64,000 nt of DNA from assembly GCA_950097015.1 (NCBI GenBank), contig CATNEN010000003.1, positions 15,872,001-15,936,000 on the forward strand. Direction: 5' to 3'. The stretch is from Macrostomum hystrix. Taxonomy: Eukaryota > Animalia > Platyhelminthes. How positions within the stretch are numbered: position 1 is the stretch's first letter; every line of letters begins with the position of its first letter. Below, in pieces: positions 38,201-51,412 of this stretch. Both the position numbers and the translations under genes were made by a program. The notes below the pieces were generated by a model that did not search any database, had not been told where the DNA came from, and saw only the letters and a program-made list of their open reading frames with translations.

Positions 38201-38237
38201 GCTCACTGCTCACTGGTCACTGCTCACTGCTCACTTC
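35231..38237. repeat. 7-bp satellite (CTCACTG/CTCACTC)n, ~430 units
   Basis: Direct periodicity; stop-free on the + strand, which produces the spurious 1028-aa and 789-aa ORFs. Confidence 0.98.
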
Positions 38238-39331
38238 TCAATTATCATGTCTAAAGATTTGGTAATAAGTACTTGTAGTAGAGGACCGTAACAAAATTTA
38301 TTGATTTCATACCCACAGTAAAGCAACCAATAAAACAGCAATTCATTATTTTCGTGCAGCTCTCGCTTCTATAATGATTTGTGTGCGTGTGGGAATGAGA
38401 TTTCTTAGAACAGGATCGCATCGCCCGCAGCATCCCAAGAGTGCAGTTTGACTGAGATTTGCATACAGACTTAATTAATTTTAATTTGACGTATATATAC
38501 TACGATGATTGAAAAGCCAGTATTCCAGGATTCTATATAAGTATTATGAGTATATTTGAGCATAAAATATATTATATAATATTCTATCTACTTGCCAATT
38601 TCAGCTTTAAGCCAATCTCTACCCAATGTCCCTCTATCCCTTTAGAGGCATGTAATAAAACTATTAATAAGAGTATGAATAATGGTATAGCGTTCTCCCA
38701 TCCCGGCCTCAGATATAGAGCATGAAATTCCCAGCCCCAAAAATATGAGGATCAAGGGTCAAACGCGTTTTGACACTTTTCATGACGAACATGCTTCCCT
38801 GATCCCGTCAACTTTTCTCCCCACTGTGGGGATAATTCTGCTGGGATAAAGGAGAGTGTTATAGTATGGGATGGTTTATTTCACTAGACTACTATGCACT
38901 CATTAGCCCATGTTTGTGGCGCAAATGGATTTCATAGAAAATCAATAATAGACAAGCTAATGCTCAACAATAAATTAGATTTGCAGTGCGATTGCATACT
39001 TGCACCATTCACTATAGGGACAACCTCACTATTAAGCATATTATTTTTGAAAATGAAAGCCATTTTTATTTTTAAGTTAAAGTTTTTAAGAATATTTTAG
39101 TTTGGAATTTCACCGTAAAAGTTTTGTGTGCTTTTTTAAAAGCAGTTTGTAATTGTTAACAATGTAATTTTCCATACGCATTACAGCAAGTAGTATATCG
39201 AAAATATTTATCTCTAAAAAGAATTCTTTTCGGGTCACAGAAGAACTTTTTGGTACGCTAATCCTAGAGAAGCTCACACACTTGTCCCACTATACGCAGG
39301 CTCTTATACTGTGCTATACTCTGGTTGTCAC

Positions 39332-40545
39332 ACTACTCAAATTCTCATTTTCTACAGCAAACTCTCATTCTCTACTCAGATTCTCATTCTCTACTCAGAT
39401 TCTCATTCTCTACTCAGATTCTCATTCTCTACTCAGATTCTCATTCTCTACTCAGATTCTCATTCTCTACTCAGATTCTCATTCTCTACTCAAATTCTCA
39501 TTCTCTACTCAAATTCTCATTCTCTACTCAGATTCTCATTCTCTACTCAAATTCTCATTCTCTACTCAAATTCTCATTTTCTACCGCAAATTCTCATTCT
39601 CAACTCAGATTCTCATTCTCTACTCAGATTCTCCATTCTCTACTCAGATTCTCCATTCTCTACTCAGATTCTCATTCTCTACTCAGATTCTCATTCTCTA
39701 CTGAGATTCTCATTCTCTACTCAGATTCTCATTCTCTACTGAGATTCTCATTCTCTACTCAGATTCTCATTCTCTACTCAGATTCTCATTCTCTACTCAG
39801 ATTCTCATTCTCTACTCAGATTCTCATTCTCTACTCAGATTCTCATTTTCTACTCAAATTCTCATTCTCTACTCAGATTCTCATTCTCTACTCAGATTCT
39901 CATTCTCTACTCAGATTCTCATTCTCTACTCAGATTCTCATTCTCTAATCAGATTCTCATACTCTACTCAGATTCTCATTTTCTACTCAAATTCTCATAC
40001 TCTACTCAGATTCTCCATTCTCTACTCAGATTCTCATTCTCTACTCAGATTCTCATTCTCTACTCAGATTCTCATTTTCTTCTCACTTTCTCACACTCTA
40101 CTCACATTCTCACACTCTACTGACACACTCTACTGACACACTCTACTGACACACTCTACTCACATTCTCACACTCTACTGACACACTCTACTGACACACT
40201 CTACTCAGATTCTCACACTCTTCTGACACACTCTACTGACACACTCTACTCAGATTCTCACACTCTACTGACACACTCTACTGACACACTCTACTCACAT
40301 TCTCACACTCTACTGACACACTCTACTCACATTCTCACACTCTACTGACACACTCTACTCAGATTCTCACACTCTACTGACACACTCTACTCAGATTCTC
40401 ACACTCTACGGACACAGTCTACTGACACACTCTACTCAGATTCTCACACTCTACGGACACAGTCTACTGACACACTCTACTCAGATTCTCACAGTCTACG
40501 GACACACTCTACTCAGATTCTCACACTCTACGGACACAGTCTATT
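39332..40545. repeat. 19-bp minisatellite (ATTCTCATTCTCTACTCAG)n, grading into mixed 19/13-bp units after ~40085
   Basis: Direct periodicity; later units are CTCTACTGACACA and CTCTACTCAGATTCTCACA. Confidence 0.95.
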
Positions 40546-41330
40546 CTATCGTTGCATTCTACCAGCCGTGATCACGATGCTCACAAAAGTACTCACGCAG
40601 TTAAGTTCAAATTGTCCATGGCAACGAGCAGATCACCATGACAGGGCTCCAGGTGCAATTCCTTGGTGTAAATGCTGGTGCCCGAGTCTCTATGACCGCT
40701 CATTTTAGATGGCAATCAATGTGTGCAGCTCAATTTCAATGTTCTATTCAGACTTTGTCAAAGTCTAGCACAATATACTTCATCTGTTCTCCCCTCACAG
40801 AGTCTCCTCCTCAGGGACCGGATGGGATTAAATCCCAAAAATTGTGCCGGACAAGACGAACCCACGCACAGTGTGGCGATTCGCATTTCCTTCTCTCTCT
40901 AGCTCTCATTTCCATCCCTTCCATTCCGGTCCTCAGGCCGAGGAGCCTGAGGTGCAAATTGAATGAGTGATGCAACTCCGCAAGGACGCCTGCTTGTAGA
41001 ATTTTTTGCAAGCTCCTCATCAACTCTGGGCCATCCACCCCTAACCAATCTCTCCCTCTCTGTCGCCCTCTCTCTCCCGCTAACTCCCAAAGTGCCACTC
41101 AAATGTCACACCGAGTCAAGCAGCACTGCTCACTGCGTGACGCTGAGTACATCTATAACTAGATGCTTGTTGTCTAACTGTGTGGACACTTCAAGTTGGT
41201 ATGAAGATGCTCACGGATTCGATCAGATATAATGCTATAACTGATGCTAAACTGTTTACTGAGAGATACAGTTCTGCCGCATCGATGCTGCTCCTGAGTT
41301 CCCTGCATGTGTGCGACTCTCGGTGAACCA

Positions 41331-41982
41331 AGAGAGGGAGAATGGGAAAGGGAGGGGAGAATGGAAAAGGGGGGAGAATGGAAAAGGGAGGGGAGAATGG
41401 GAAAGGGAGGGGAGAATGGGAAAGGGAGGGGAGAATGGGAGAGAGGGAGAATGGGAGAGAGGGAGAATGGGAGAGATAGGGGGAATGGGAAAGGGAGGGG
41501 AGAATGGGAGAGAGTGAGAATGGGAGAGATAGGGGGAATGGGAAAGGGAGGGGAGAATAGGGAAAGGGAGGGGAGAATGGGAGAGAGAGGGAGAATCGGA
41601 GAAAGAGGGAGAATAGGAAAGGGAGGGGAGAATGGGAGAGAGTGAGAATGGGAGAGATAGGGGGAATGGGAAAGGGAGGGGAGAATAGGGAAAGGGAGGG
41701 GAGAATGGGAGAGAGAGGGAGAATCGGAGAAAGAGGGAGAATAGAAAAGAGAGGGGAGAATGGGAGAGAGTGAGAATGGGAGAGATAGGGGGAATGGGAA
41801 AGGGAAGGGAGAATGGGAAAGGGAGGGGAGAATGGGAAAGGGAGGGGAGAATGGGAAAGGGAGGGGAGAATGGGAGAGAGGGAGAATGGAAAAGGGAGAG
41901 GAGAATGGGAGAGAGAGGGCAGAATGGGTTAGAGGGGAGAATGGGTGATAGAATGGGAGAGAGGGGGAAAAAAATGAGAGAA
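41331..41982. repeat. G-run-rich polypurine array (GGGAAAGGGAGGGGAGAAT)n
   Basis: Degenerate ~19-bp unit with closely spaced GGG/GGGG tracts. Confidence 0.9.
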
Positions 41983-42306
41983 GATGTCAAATATTATTGA
42001 AATAGGGAGTAAATGATTGAGACATGTGTGATTTGTGAGCACATTTGCGAGTTCGATTTTGAAGCTTTACTCTTTAAATTTTATTTATTAAATCGAAAAT
42101 TTTATTAAAACACAAATAGACGGATTAGAAATCACGCAAAAAGATCATTTCTTGACACTATTGCATCTACTACTAGACAGTAGTAAAAATGGATACATGC
42201 GCTGTTAATTTTTATATCAGGATTGCTTAAAATAGTTAAGGCACTGATCGGGAGTGTTCTGGTAGATCGTCACACAATGTCCAGCTGATTGACAGTACTC
42301 GCTTAC

Positions 42307-45300
42307 TCAGATCGAGTCTCCAAGGAAGGCGCCGTCAATCAACCTGGAGCATTCGGCCTCCGCCTCTGCTGTTTGTACCGAAGAGGACTCCATGCGCCTT
42401 GCTGCTCCTAGTAGAGAGGCCAGACCGCGCATTATCTCTCTGCCGATGCCGGGCACCTTGCGGGCGGGCAGTAGGAAGCCATAGTCGCCCTCATCGGGCA
42501 GCTCGATGGTGTATGAGTATGGAATGCCAAGGTGACCATGGGCCCAATCGTCAGATCCACCAGTGGCTTCATCTGTGGGTTTGTTGCTAAATCATTTCAA
42601 TGCCACGAATAAAAGGACGTTGCCACGAACGGAGAGACATTGTCACGAACGTAGGGACATTGTGACGAATGAAGGGACGTTGCCACGAATAGAGAGACAT
42701 TGCCATGAATGAAGGTACATTGTCACGAACGAAGGGACGCTGCCACGAATGGAGAGACATTGCCACGAATGGACATTGTCACGAACGAAGGGACATTGCC
42801 ACGAATGAAGGGACATTGCCACGAATGAGGGACATTGCCACGAATGAAGGGACATTCCACGAATGAAGGGACATTGCCACGAATGAAGGGACATTGCCAC
42901 GAATGAAGGGACATTGCCACGAATGAAGGGACATTGCCACGAATGAAGGGACATTGCCACGAATGAAGGACATAAAAACGGTCGGACTTACACAGCAGGT
43001 CAGAGCCAGTTCCCACTGAATAGAATCTATCATTGATTGGAAACATTTTATGAATAGCTAGACTAGCTGCACACATCTGCAAAAAAAGTAATTTTAAATT
43101 TTGAGCAGTCGGTGATTTCCACATTTTGGTCCCGTCATCTTGCAGTAAATCACGTACCATTTTCTTATGATGCGTTTTCGAGTAAGTATTCTTGCTATAT
43201 CCGTACGGAATCAGAAAATATTGTCCGTACGAGTGCAGCGACAAGAATGCCAGCAACTTTGAAGCTCTGACTTCAATGAATTGTTTAACGGCGGCCGTTT
43301 CCAAGGCCGAGAATGCTTCTTGTCCGCGAAAATTGTCCGCGCAAGGATTGCTACTGCTGCCTGCGGCGCCGCCCCATCTGTAGCCGTAGTTGCGGTTCAG
43401 ATCAACGCCGCGACACAGGCGCCTGAGCGAGCTGCGCTGGCGGTTCTTGCGCCACATCCGGTTCTGGGAGGATGTTCACATTGCGGCGTATTAGAACTAT
43501 CATCTCTACCGTGTCTCATCAATCCCGTGTCTCATCAATCCCGTGTCTCATCTCTACCGTGTCTCATCTCTCCTGTGTCTCATCTCTCCCCCCGTGTCTC
43601 ATCTCTACCGTGTCTCATCTCTACCGTGTCTCATCTCTCCCCCCGTGTCTCATCTCTACCGTGTCTCATCTCTCCCCCCGTGTCTCATCTCTCTCGTGTC
43701 TCATCTCTCCCCCCGTGTCTCATCTCTACCGTGTCTCATCTCTCCCGTGTCCCATCTCTCCCCCCGTGTCTCATCTCTACCGTGTCTCATCTCTACCGTG
43801 TCTCATCTCTCCCCCCGTGTCTCATCTCTACCGTGTCTCATCTCTCCCCCCGTGTCTCATCTCTCTCGTGTCTCATCTCTCCCGTGTCTCATCTCTACCG
43901 TGTCTCATCTCTACCGTGTCTCATCTCTACCGTGTCTCATCTCTCCCGTGTCTCATCTCTCTCGTGTCTCATCTCTCCCGTGTCTCATCTCTACCGTGTC
44001 TCATCTCTACCGTGTCTCATCTCTACCGTGTCTCATCTCTCCCCCCGTGTCTCATCTCTCTCGTGTCTCATCTCTCCCGTGTCTCATCTCTACCGTGTCT
44101 CATCTCTCCCGTGTCTCATCTCTACCGTGTCTCATCTCTCCCGTGTCTCATCTCTCCCGTGTCTCATCTCTACCGTGTCTCATCAATCCCGTGTCTCATC
44201 TCTACCGTGTCTCATCTCTACCGTGTCTCATCAATCCCGTGTCTCATCTCTCCCCCCCGTGTCTCATCTCTCCTGTGTCTCATCTCTACCGTGTCTCATC
44301 TCTACCGTGTCTCATCAATCCCGTGTCTCATCTCTCCCCCCGTGTCTCATCTCTCCCGTGTCTCATCTCTCCCCCCGTGTCTCATCTCTACCGTGTCTCA
44401 TCTCTACCGTGTCTCATCTCTCTCGTGTCCCATCTCTCTCGTGTCCCATCTCTCTCGTGTCTCATCTCTCTCGTGTCCCATCTCTCTCGTGTCTCATCTC
44501 TCTCGTGTCCCATCTCTCTCGTGTCCCATCTCTCTCGTGTCTCATCTCTACCGTGTCTCATCTCTACCGGTTCTCATCTCTCTCGTTTCTAATTTTCACT
44601 GTGTCTCATCTCTTGACAGTTATGAGTAGGAAAATGAGTAGGAAAATGAGTCGGATTACCCTGAGCCTTGAGTATTCATATCCATCAGGATTGTACAGAG
44701 TGAGAATGAAGATCTCATGATTCTCCACCATCTCGGCGGCATCTGCAGCAGCCGCTGAGTGTTGCCTGGAATTGTCCAGACTTGCTGGCAGGCCGATATT
44801 GATAAGCAGATCGGCAATGTACAGCGCGGTGGCGGGGCTGACCCATTCGCGGGCGTGAATTCCAGCGTCCAACCAGACGGCCGTACGCTGACGACTAGTC
44901 GTGGAATTCTGAGTACTTTTAGCTATCTGTTATAAAATTAAACAGGTTACAATGGACTAGATTGCCAAGTTAGAAACAATGACTACTCAGTTTGATTGAC
45001 GGGACACTCTAAATAAGCGATATGTAAGTAGAAGTAGTAATTAGTAAGTAGTAAATAGTAAGTAGTAAGTAGTAAGTAGCTAGTAAATAGTAAGTAGTAA
45101 GTATTAAGTAAGTAGTAAGTAGTTAGTAAGTAGTAAGTAGTTAGTAAGTAGTTAGTAAGTAGTAAGTATTAGGTAAGTAGTAAATAGTTAGTAAGTAGTA
45201 AGTAGTTAGTAAGTAGTTAGTAAGTAGTAAGTAGTTAGTAAGTAGTTAGTAAGTATTAAGTAAGTAGTAAGTAGTAAGTGAGTAGTTAGTAAGTAGTTAG

Positions 45301-47730
45301 TAAGTAGTAAGTAAGTAGTAAGTAGCCAGTAGTTAGACCAGGAGGATATTTCGAATGCCCATATATTTCTTAAAAATGCATCTCCTTAAATATTTAACCA
45401 GGAGGTACAGAACCTGTACCTCCAATCGCAATTAAAAAGTCCAGAAAATAGGCTTCCATTTTCCCCTCTATCCGAAAAAACAACTTCCAGAATAACCAAA
45501 CATCGGCATCGTCGAGATATTCAACAATTCTCGTCGTGGTGTTTCCCGGCAAAACTACAAATATAGGCATAATTTTTCTGCTGAAAAAGTTTCATCCTGT
45601 CACCATACTGCCATCCTGCCAAACTGGCACTAACCTTTAGAACGAGCAGTTCTTTGCCTTCCAAAGTCAGTCCTATGGTGTCAAGTGCGCAGGTTTTTCT
45701 TCTTATCTGATTGCACCGGTCGCTTAATAGCAGTAGAGCAAGACGAATCTAAAAAGGCACAATTATTTGTTGCTGGCCGAAAAGGATTATAATTATTGCC
45801 ATGAAGTTTTCAATTATTCGCTACAATTACTAAATAAAATCTGACCAAAACTACATGGAATCGTAGCAAGAATCGAAGCAGGAATCGGTGCGAGAATCGA
45901 AGAAGGAATCGTAGCGAGAATCGAAGAAGGAATCATAGCGAGAATCGAAGAAGGAATCGTAGCAAGAATCGAAGCAGGAATCGGTGCGAGAATTGAAGAA
46001 GGAATCGTAGCAAGAATCGAAGAAGGAATCGTAGCAAGAATCGAAGAAGGAATCGTAGCAAGAATCGAAGAAGGAATCGTAGCAAGAATCGAAGAAGGAA
46101 TCGTAGCAAGAATCGAAGAAGGAATCGTAGCAAGAATCGAAGAAGGAATCGTAGCAAGAATCGAAGAAGGAATCGTAGCAAGAATCGAAGAAGGAATCGT
46201 AGCAAGAATCGAAGAAGGAATCGTAGCAAGAATCGAAGAAGGAATCATAGCGAGAATCGAAGAAGGAATCGTAGCAAGAATCGAAGAAGGAATCGTAGCA
46301 GGAATCAAAGCAGGAATCGGTGCGAGAATCGAAGAAGGAATCGTAGCAGGAATCAAAGCAGGAATCGGTGCGAGAATCGAAGAAGGAATCGTAGCAGGAA
46401 TAAGAAACGGAAACGAAGTAAGAAGCGTTGGTTTTGTTAACTGAATTAAGAATCTGAGCATTATACAAAAGAATAAAGACACAATAAAGTGAGTAAGCGT
46501 TTTGAATAAAAAACATTTATTTAAAGCGACTCACCTCACTAAAGCTGCGATAGAAATCATGTTTCAGCTGCATACGACCATCAGCACCCTCAGCAGAAGC
46601 CTGTCTTCTTTGACGGCTTAGTTGATCAACGCTTCTCATTTTCAATTTGGCATTCTCCAAGTTGAATTTCGCCAACAATCTATACAAATTGAAATTCGCT
46701 TTAAGTTAAGCGAGAGTTGAAATTAAACTGATTATAGCTCGTATAAAATCAAATCAGAAAAAGTCTGCTTTTAACCTTCCATAGTCCCTGTGAATCAGTC
46801 TCATCCGCACAGCTGGAGTTGATTCAATCAGACTCAGAAACATTGACTGCAGATTAGGCGGCACAAGTACATCCACTCTTTCAAACTTCTGGCCGGGCCG
46901 CGTCAGGAAGACTAGACCAGCCTGGGTTCGAATCGTCGGGATTCTAGTTGAGAATAAAAACAGAACAGAACAGAACAGGACAGAACGGAACAGAACAGAG
47001 CAGAACAGAACAGAACAGAACAGAAAATAACAGAACAGAACAGAACAGAACAGAACAGAAGAACAGAACAGAACAGAACAGAACAGAAGAACAGAACAGA
47101 ACAGAACAGAACAGAACAGAACAGAAGAACAGAACAGAACAGAACAGAACAGAACAGAACAGAAGAACAGAACAGAACAGAACAGAAGAACAGAACAGAA
47201 CAGAACAGAACAGAACAGAACAGAACAGAATAGGACAGAACAGAACAGAACAGAGCAGAACAGAGCAGAACAGAGCAGAACAGAACAGAACAGAACAGAA
47301 CAGAACAGAACAGAACAGAACAGAACAGAACAGAACAAAACAGAACAGAACAGAACAAAACAGAACAGAACAGAACAGCACAGAACAGAACAGCGTTTGC
47401 ATTGAGTTCGATTCTCAGTATTGCCTAATCAATACTCACCTGAGGATCAGGCTCAGATGGGAATTGTTTCTCAAGCCATCGCAGCCTCTCCAGAGCTCTG
47501 TCAGACATTGGTGACAGTCGATACTGACGAAACCTAGAAGTTTGTTTATTTTAGCCAATTAACTAGTTTTCGTATACGAGGTAATTGAGAAGATTAAATT
47601 AATAGTATAGAGCGATATATAGTAATATCGCTGTAGAGTCAACTCACCCGTCAAACGATAAGCCTGAGCTGATAACAGTCTTCAAGAAAATTCCAGTAGT
47701 AACTAATAAAGCTAGTAAAATCCTATTCAT
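42307..47730 (-). CDS. Secreted zinc metallocarboxypeptidase, M14A (carboxypeptidase B-like)
   Basis: Nine phase-consistent exons: 47730-47648, 47533-47440, 46921-46776, 46679-46535, 45748-45635, 44926-44660, 43463-43158, 43076-42992, 42572-42307. Signal peptide MNRILLALLV and a prodomain, then DAGIHAREW (Zn His/Glu), NPDGYEYS, RMWRKNR, GVDLNRN, LHSYGQ (Zn His), GGSDDW (Asp255 position) and YTIEL (Glu270). Confidence 0.93.
42601..42972. repeat. 20-bp intronic minisatellite (GAATGAAGGGACATTGCCAC)n
   Basis: Fills most of carboxypeptidase intron 42573-42991. Confidence 0.93.
43499..44612. repeat. 17-20-bp intronic minisatellite (GTGTCTCATCTCTACC-like)n
   Basis: Fills most of intron 43464-44659. 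Confidence 0.95.
45026..45333. repeat. (AGTA/AGT)n low-complexity intronic repeat
   Basis: AGTAAGT/AGTTAGT iterations inside intron 44927-45634. Confidence 0.9.
45857..46410. repeat. 24-bp intronic minisatellite (GAAGAAGGAATCGTAGCAAGAATC)n
   Basis: Built from 12-bp GAATCG-containing subunits; inside intron 45749-46534. Confidence 0.95.
46958..47393. repeat. (CAGAA)n microsatellite
   Basis: Fills most of intron 46922-47439; reads (TTCTG)n on the sense strand. Confidence 0.97.
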
Positions 47731-48321
47731 GTTTGAATTCTATTCACTAATGCCTTATTTGAACAAGTACACCTTTTTTATATTCTAAACTGCTAAAGCC
47801 TTTACAACTATACCAACTAAAATAGCTTTTGTGTGTTTATTTATGCAAAATTCTGTTGTAAGGCCGTTCCAATGTGCATATGCGCAGGCCGATATGTATA
47901 GAAAATCGCTTATTCACTTGTGTTTTTGCACCGTCAAATTTTCATGTGACTAGTTAAGTCAAGGTCAAAAGTTAGTACAAACTTTTATTAACAGTGAATG
48001 ATGATACATTGAGATAGGCCCTTAACTTGCTAGAATAGTTGAAAGGTGCCAAACACTATTCTCTTTTCTTTTAGCTTGCAGTGATGTACAGGCACTGTTA
48101 TCTGATTGCATTTGCGTATCTGTTAATGCTATAAATCTAAAGAGCAGTAACCTAATGCGTAAAATTTAAACTCAAATGTGTCTGTCAGTGGACTGGTTTA
48201 TATGAATTTCAGTGATAACTTGGAAGATTTGACCTCATGGGGTGTGAAACGGTGAAAAATTAAGATATTAACAATATCAGTGCCAAGGTTGTTGTCATAT
48301 TCAAGTAGTGATGCCGCGAAT

Positions 48322-49093
48322 ATTGGCCAGTAGAATGGATAGCAGTGTTGATAATGGCAAGTATAATCGATAGCTGTGTTGAATGGCCAGTAGAATGGAT
48401 AGCAGTGTTGATAATGGCCAGTAAAATGGATAGCAGTGTTGATAATGGCCAGTAGAATGGATAGCAGTGTTGATAATGGCCAGTAGAATGGATAGCAGTG
48501 TTGATAATGGCCAGTAGAATGGATAGCTGTGTTGATAATGGCCAGTAGAATGGATAGCAGTGTTGATAATGGCCAGTAGAATGGGATAGCAGTGTTGATA
48601 ATGGCCAGTAGAATGGATAGCAGTGTTGATAATGGCCAGTAGAATGGATAGCAGTGTTGATAATGGCCAGTAGAATGGATAGCAGTGTTGATAATGGCCA
48701 GTAGAATGGATAGCTGTGTTGATAATGGCCAGTAGAATGGATAGCAGTGTTGATAATGGCCAGTAGAATGGATAGCAGTGTTGATAATGGCCAGTAGAAT
48801 GGATAGCAGTGTTAATCATGGCCAGTAGAATGGATAGCAGTGTTGATAATGGCCAGTAGAATGGGATAGCAGTGTTGATAATGGCCAGTAGAATGGGATA
48901 GCAGTGTTGATAATGGCCAGTAGAATGGGTAGCAGTGTTGATAATGGCCAGTAGAATGGGTAGCAGTGTTGATAATGGCCAGTAGAATGGGTAGCAGTGT
49001 TGATAATGGCCAGTAGAATGGATAGCAGTGTTAATCATGGCCAGTAGAATGGATAGCAGTGTTGATAATGGCCAGTAGAATGGATAGCAGTGT
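48322..49093. repeat. 31-bp minisatellite (GATAATGGCCAGTAGAATGGATAGCAGTGTT)n, ~24 units
   Basis: Direct periodicity; intergenic, between the DHHC gene 3' end and the carboxypeptidase start. Confidence 0.96.
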
Positions 49094-49495
49094 GATTAAT
49101 TGTGCCCAGGCGAAAGCAAGTGACTAAAATTCTAAATTTGTGCAAGTTTATATCTTTCTTTAAATTTTCTTTTTTTTAATATATTGCCTTAATAATTTTA
49201 TTAACTGCAGATTTGAAACAAGAAACGTTTGTTTAAATTCACAGTAGCGAGAAAGAAAGAAATGTTATAAATCAGTGCAAACAATAACAAATAAAAGCTG
49301 TTATGTCTAGTAAAAGAGAAACTAACTGAAAATTATGTAAATGTGCTCCTTTCAAAGTACCAGTACTTTTTGAAATGAATAATAAAACGTGACTAGCAAA
49401 TTTTATATTCCGTTGAATGCTACTTAAAGTAATAAAAAAGAACGATTTTTCATGATAATTGCACTGTGCATGATGGCGTTTCGACAGTTCAATAG

Positions 49496-51412
49496 CTAAG
49501 CTGCAAAGCGAATTCTCTGGCTGAGGTCCTCATAATTGACTGGCATCAGCGTCACTTTGACATCGCGTCGCATGCGCAGATGCGGCCAGGAGTGATTGAC
49601 AGGAGGCGCCGGGTAGAGCCAGTGCATCGGCAGGAGGAAGTTCAGCCACCAGCGCCGGCCGAAAACTTGGTGAAGCGCCTCCGACGGTGTCAAATTTGAG
49701 TGAATTGGCAGCTTCTCGTTCACTTCAATTGACAGTAGTCCACCACGGCTGAAAAGTTCCGTCTGTTCAAGCAGGAAGCCAAGTAGAAGCGGCTCGAAGA
49801 ATGCCAGACAATAGCCACTGAAAACCAGGGCGCAGTCGCACCAGCTGGCAGTGCCAAAGACCGCAGCTTGTACAACAGTGACTGGCAGCAGTGTGCTCAG
49901 CAGGCCAAGGCGTGGCACAAAGTCGGTGATCAAATAGAGCAGGCAGTGAGCACAGGCGTAGCTAGCGGCCAACACAGCGTAGAATATGAAGACTAGGAAA
50001 AATCTGGTGGAGCAGGTTGTATTAATATTAATATTATAATATTGCAGAAGGGCTGCAGGAAATGGGAATAGCAATTCTTGCCTATTTCGCTGACTCCTGA
50101 GCACACACGCACGCAGATGCCGTACTCAGGTGTGTACATCTGCCCTGACTTTCTCATCGTCAGGCAGTTTACACTCTCACTGTGCCTTGGAGGTTGGCCC
50201 TAAAGGACGAAAATTGCCCATTAATTGCCCATTGCTAGGAGCACATTAACTGTTTAATCGTTTAGGTACATTTTTGTTAAGTAGACTAGTTAATAAACCC
50301 CTTGGGTAGATCCTTCTTGTCAAGTGCACTTTATATAATAGTATAATAGACTAGCTATCGCACCCCCACCGTAATTGGGTCACATTTTTGTATATCCAAC
50401 TACTTATTGATGAGTAGTAGTATTCTTGAAAGGAGGGGATTTAGTATAATACTTAAAGTAGGCTATTCAGCGACCCAATCTTTTGCTTATAGAAGCGTAA
50501 TATGGTTATTTAGGTTGATTTGATTGAGTACGAACGAGTCCAATACATATTTGACTTATACAATGAACCGAATTTCACGAATTTCACCACTCACCGCTCA
50601 TTGCCTTCGCCGACGCAGGTACCCGTGAAAAAGCAATGGTGATCGCGTTTAGCAACACAGATGTCACACAGAGGACAATGATGCGTTCTTGGCGGCCTCC
50701 AATGTCGACAGGTGAAGCACGGCTTGTAGGACAGGTAGGAGTATTTGTGATCCTCGGCAATGGTACGGTTTAGTGGCGTATTGTTATTCGGTACTGGCAT
50801 AGGTTCGGCAGCACTATAGGCATTGTAGAGTTCCGGTACGATAGCAGGGCTGGCTCCGTTTTTTCGTTTATCCTGTTTTTGTTAATCAGAAAAAAAATTT
50901 CTATAAATTATTTCTAGCCATCTTATTTCGGTCTCAAAATATAAAAAAATAATATACGCCTAAACTATTTCAGGATTTCAATTGGCGTTTAGTTAAATAA
51001 TTTGGGATAATACACACAGAAAAAAATGCTTTTGTTAACAAATTTAGTCCAACAAAAGCGTTCTCACCTGGCTCTTCCGAAACACCACCTGATTCGGATT
51101 AGAAGGATTAACTACGAAATCGCCCTTCATGCACAGCGGCTCGCCGACGAATCGCTGCTGATGACGTCGAATCAGGGCCCAGTTGAGCATCATCTGAGCC
51201 AGGCACATTGTAGGGAAGCTGGCGTTAAACAAGCTGGCCCAGCAACCCCAGCCCAGCCTATCAATGTTGATCGGTCCAATCAGCAGTACGCCGAAGGACC
51301 AGACGCAGGCGCAGGCAATGATGTAGCATTTAGCGCTGAACCGGTTCAAACTGGTCGGACTGATGACGCGAAACCAGGTACGCTTGAACAGTAACAGAAT
51401 GTGTGATAGCAT
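49496..51412 (-). CDS. DHHC-type palmitoyltransferase (ZDHHC22/24-like)
   Basis: Exons 51412-51068, 50872-50595, 50003-49496, phase-consistent. Cys-rich domain CFTCRHWRPPRTHHCPLCDICVAKRDHHCFFTGTCVG, flanking transmembrane segments, and C-terminal VFGRRWWLNFLLP. Confidence 0.92.
50021..50215 (-). mobile_element. Truncated/deleted SINE copy in a DHHC-gene intron
   Basis: Contains GTGTACATCTGCCCTGACTTTCTCATCGTCAGGCAG and CTGTGCCTTGGAGGTTGGCC. Its tail ends ~20 bp before the splice acceptor at 50004. Confidence 0.85.

Noticed and set aside
35205-38291. 1028-aa and 789-aa ORFs (LLTAHCS repeats)
   Set aside because: Translation of a stop-free 7-bp satellite, open in several frames; no coding evidence.
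43281-49038. Long repetitive ORFs over the carboxypeptidase introns and the 31-bp array
   Set aside because: All are translations of tandem arrays; the true reading frame is reconstructed across them by GT-AG splicing.
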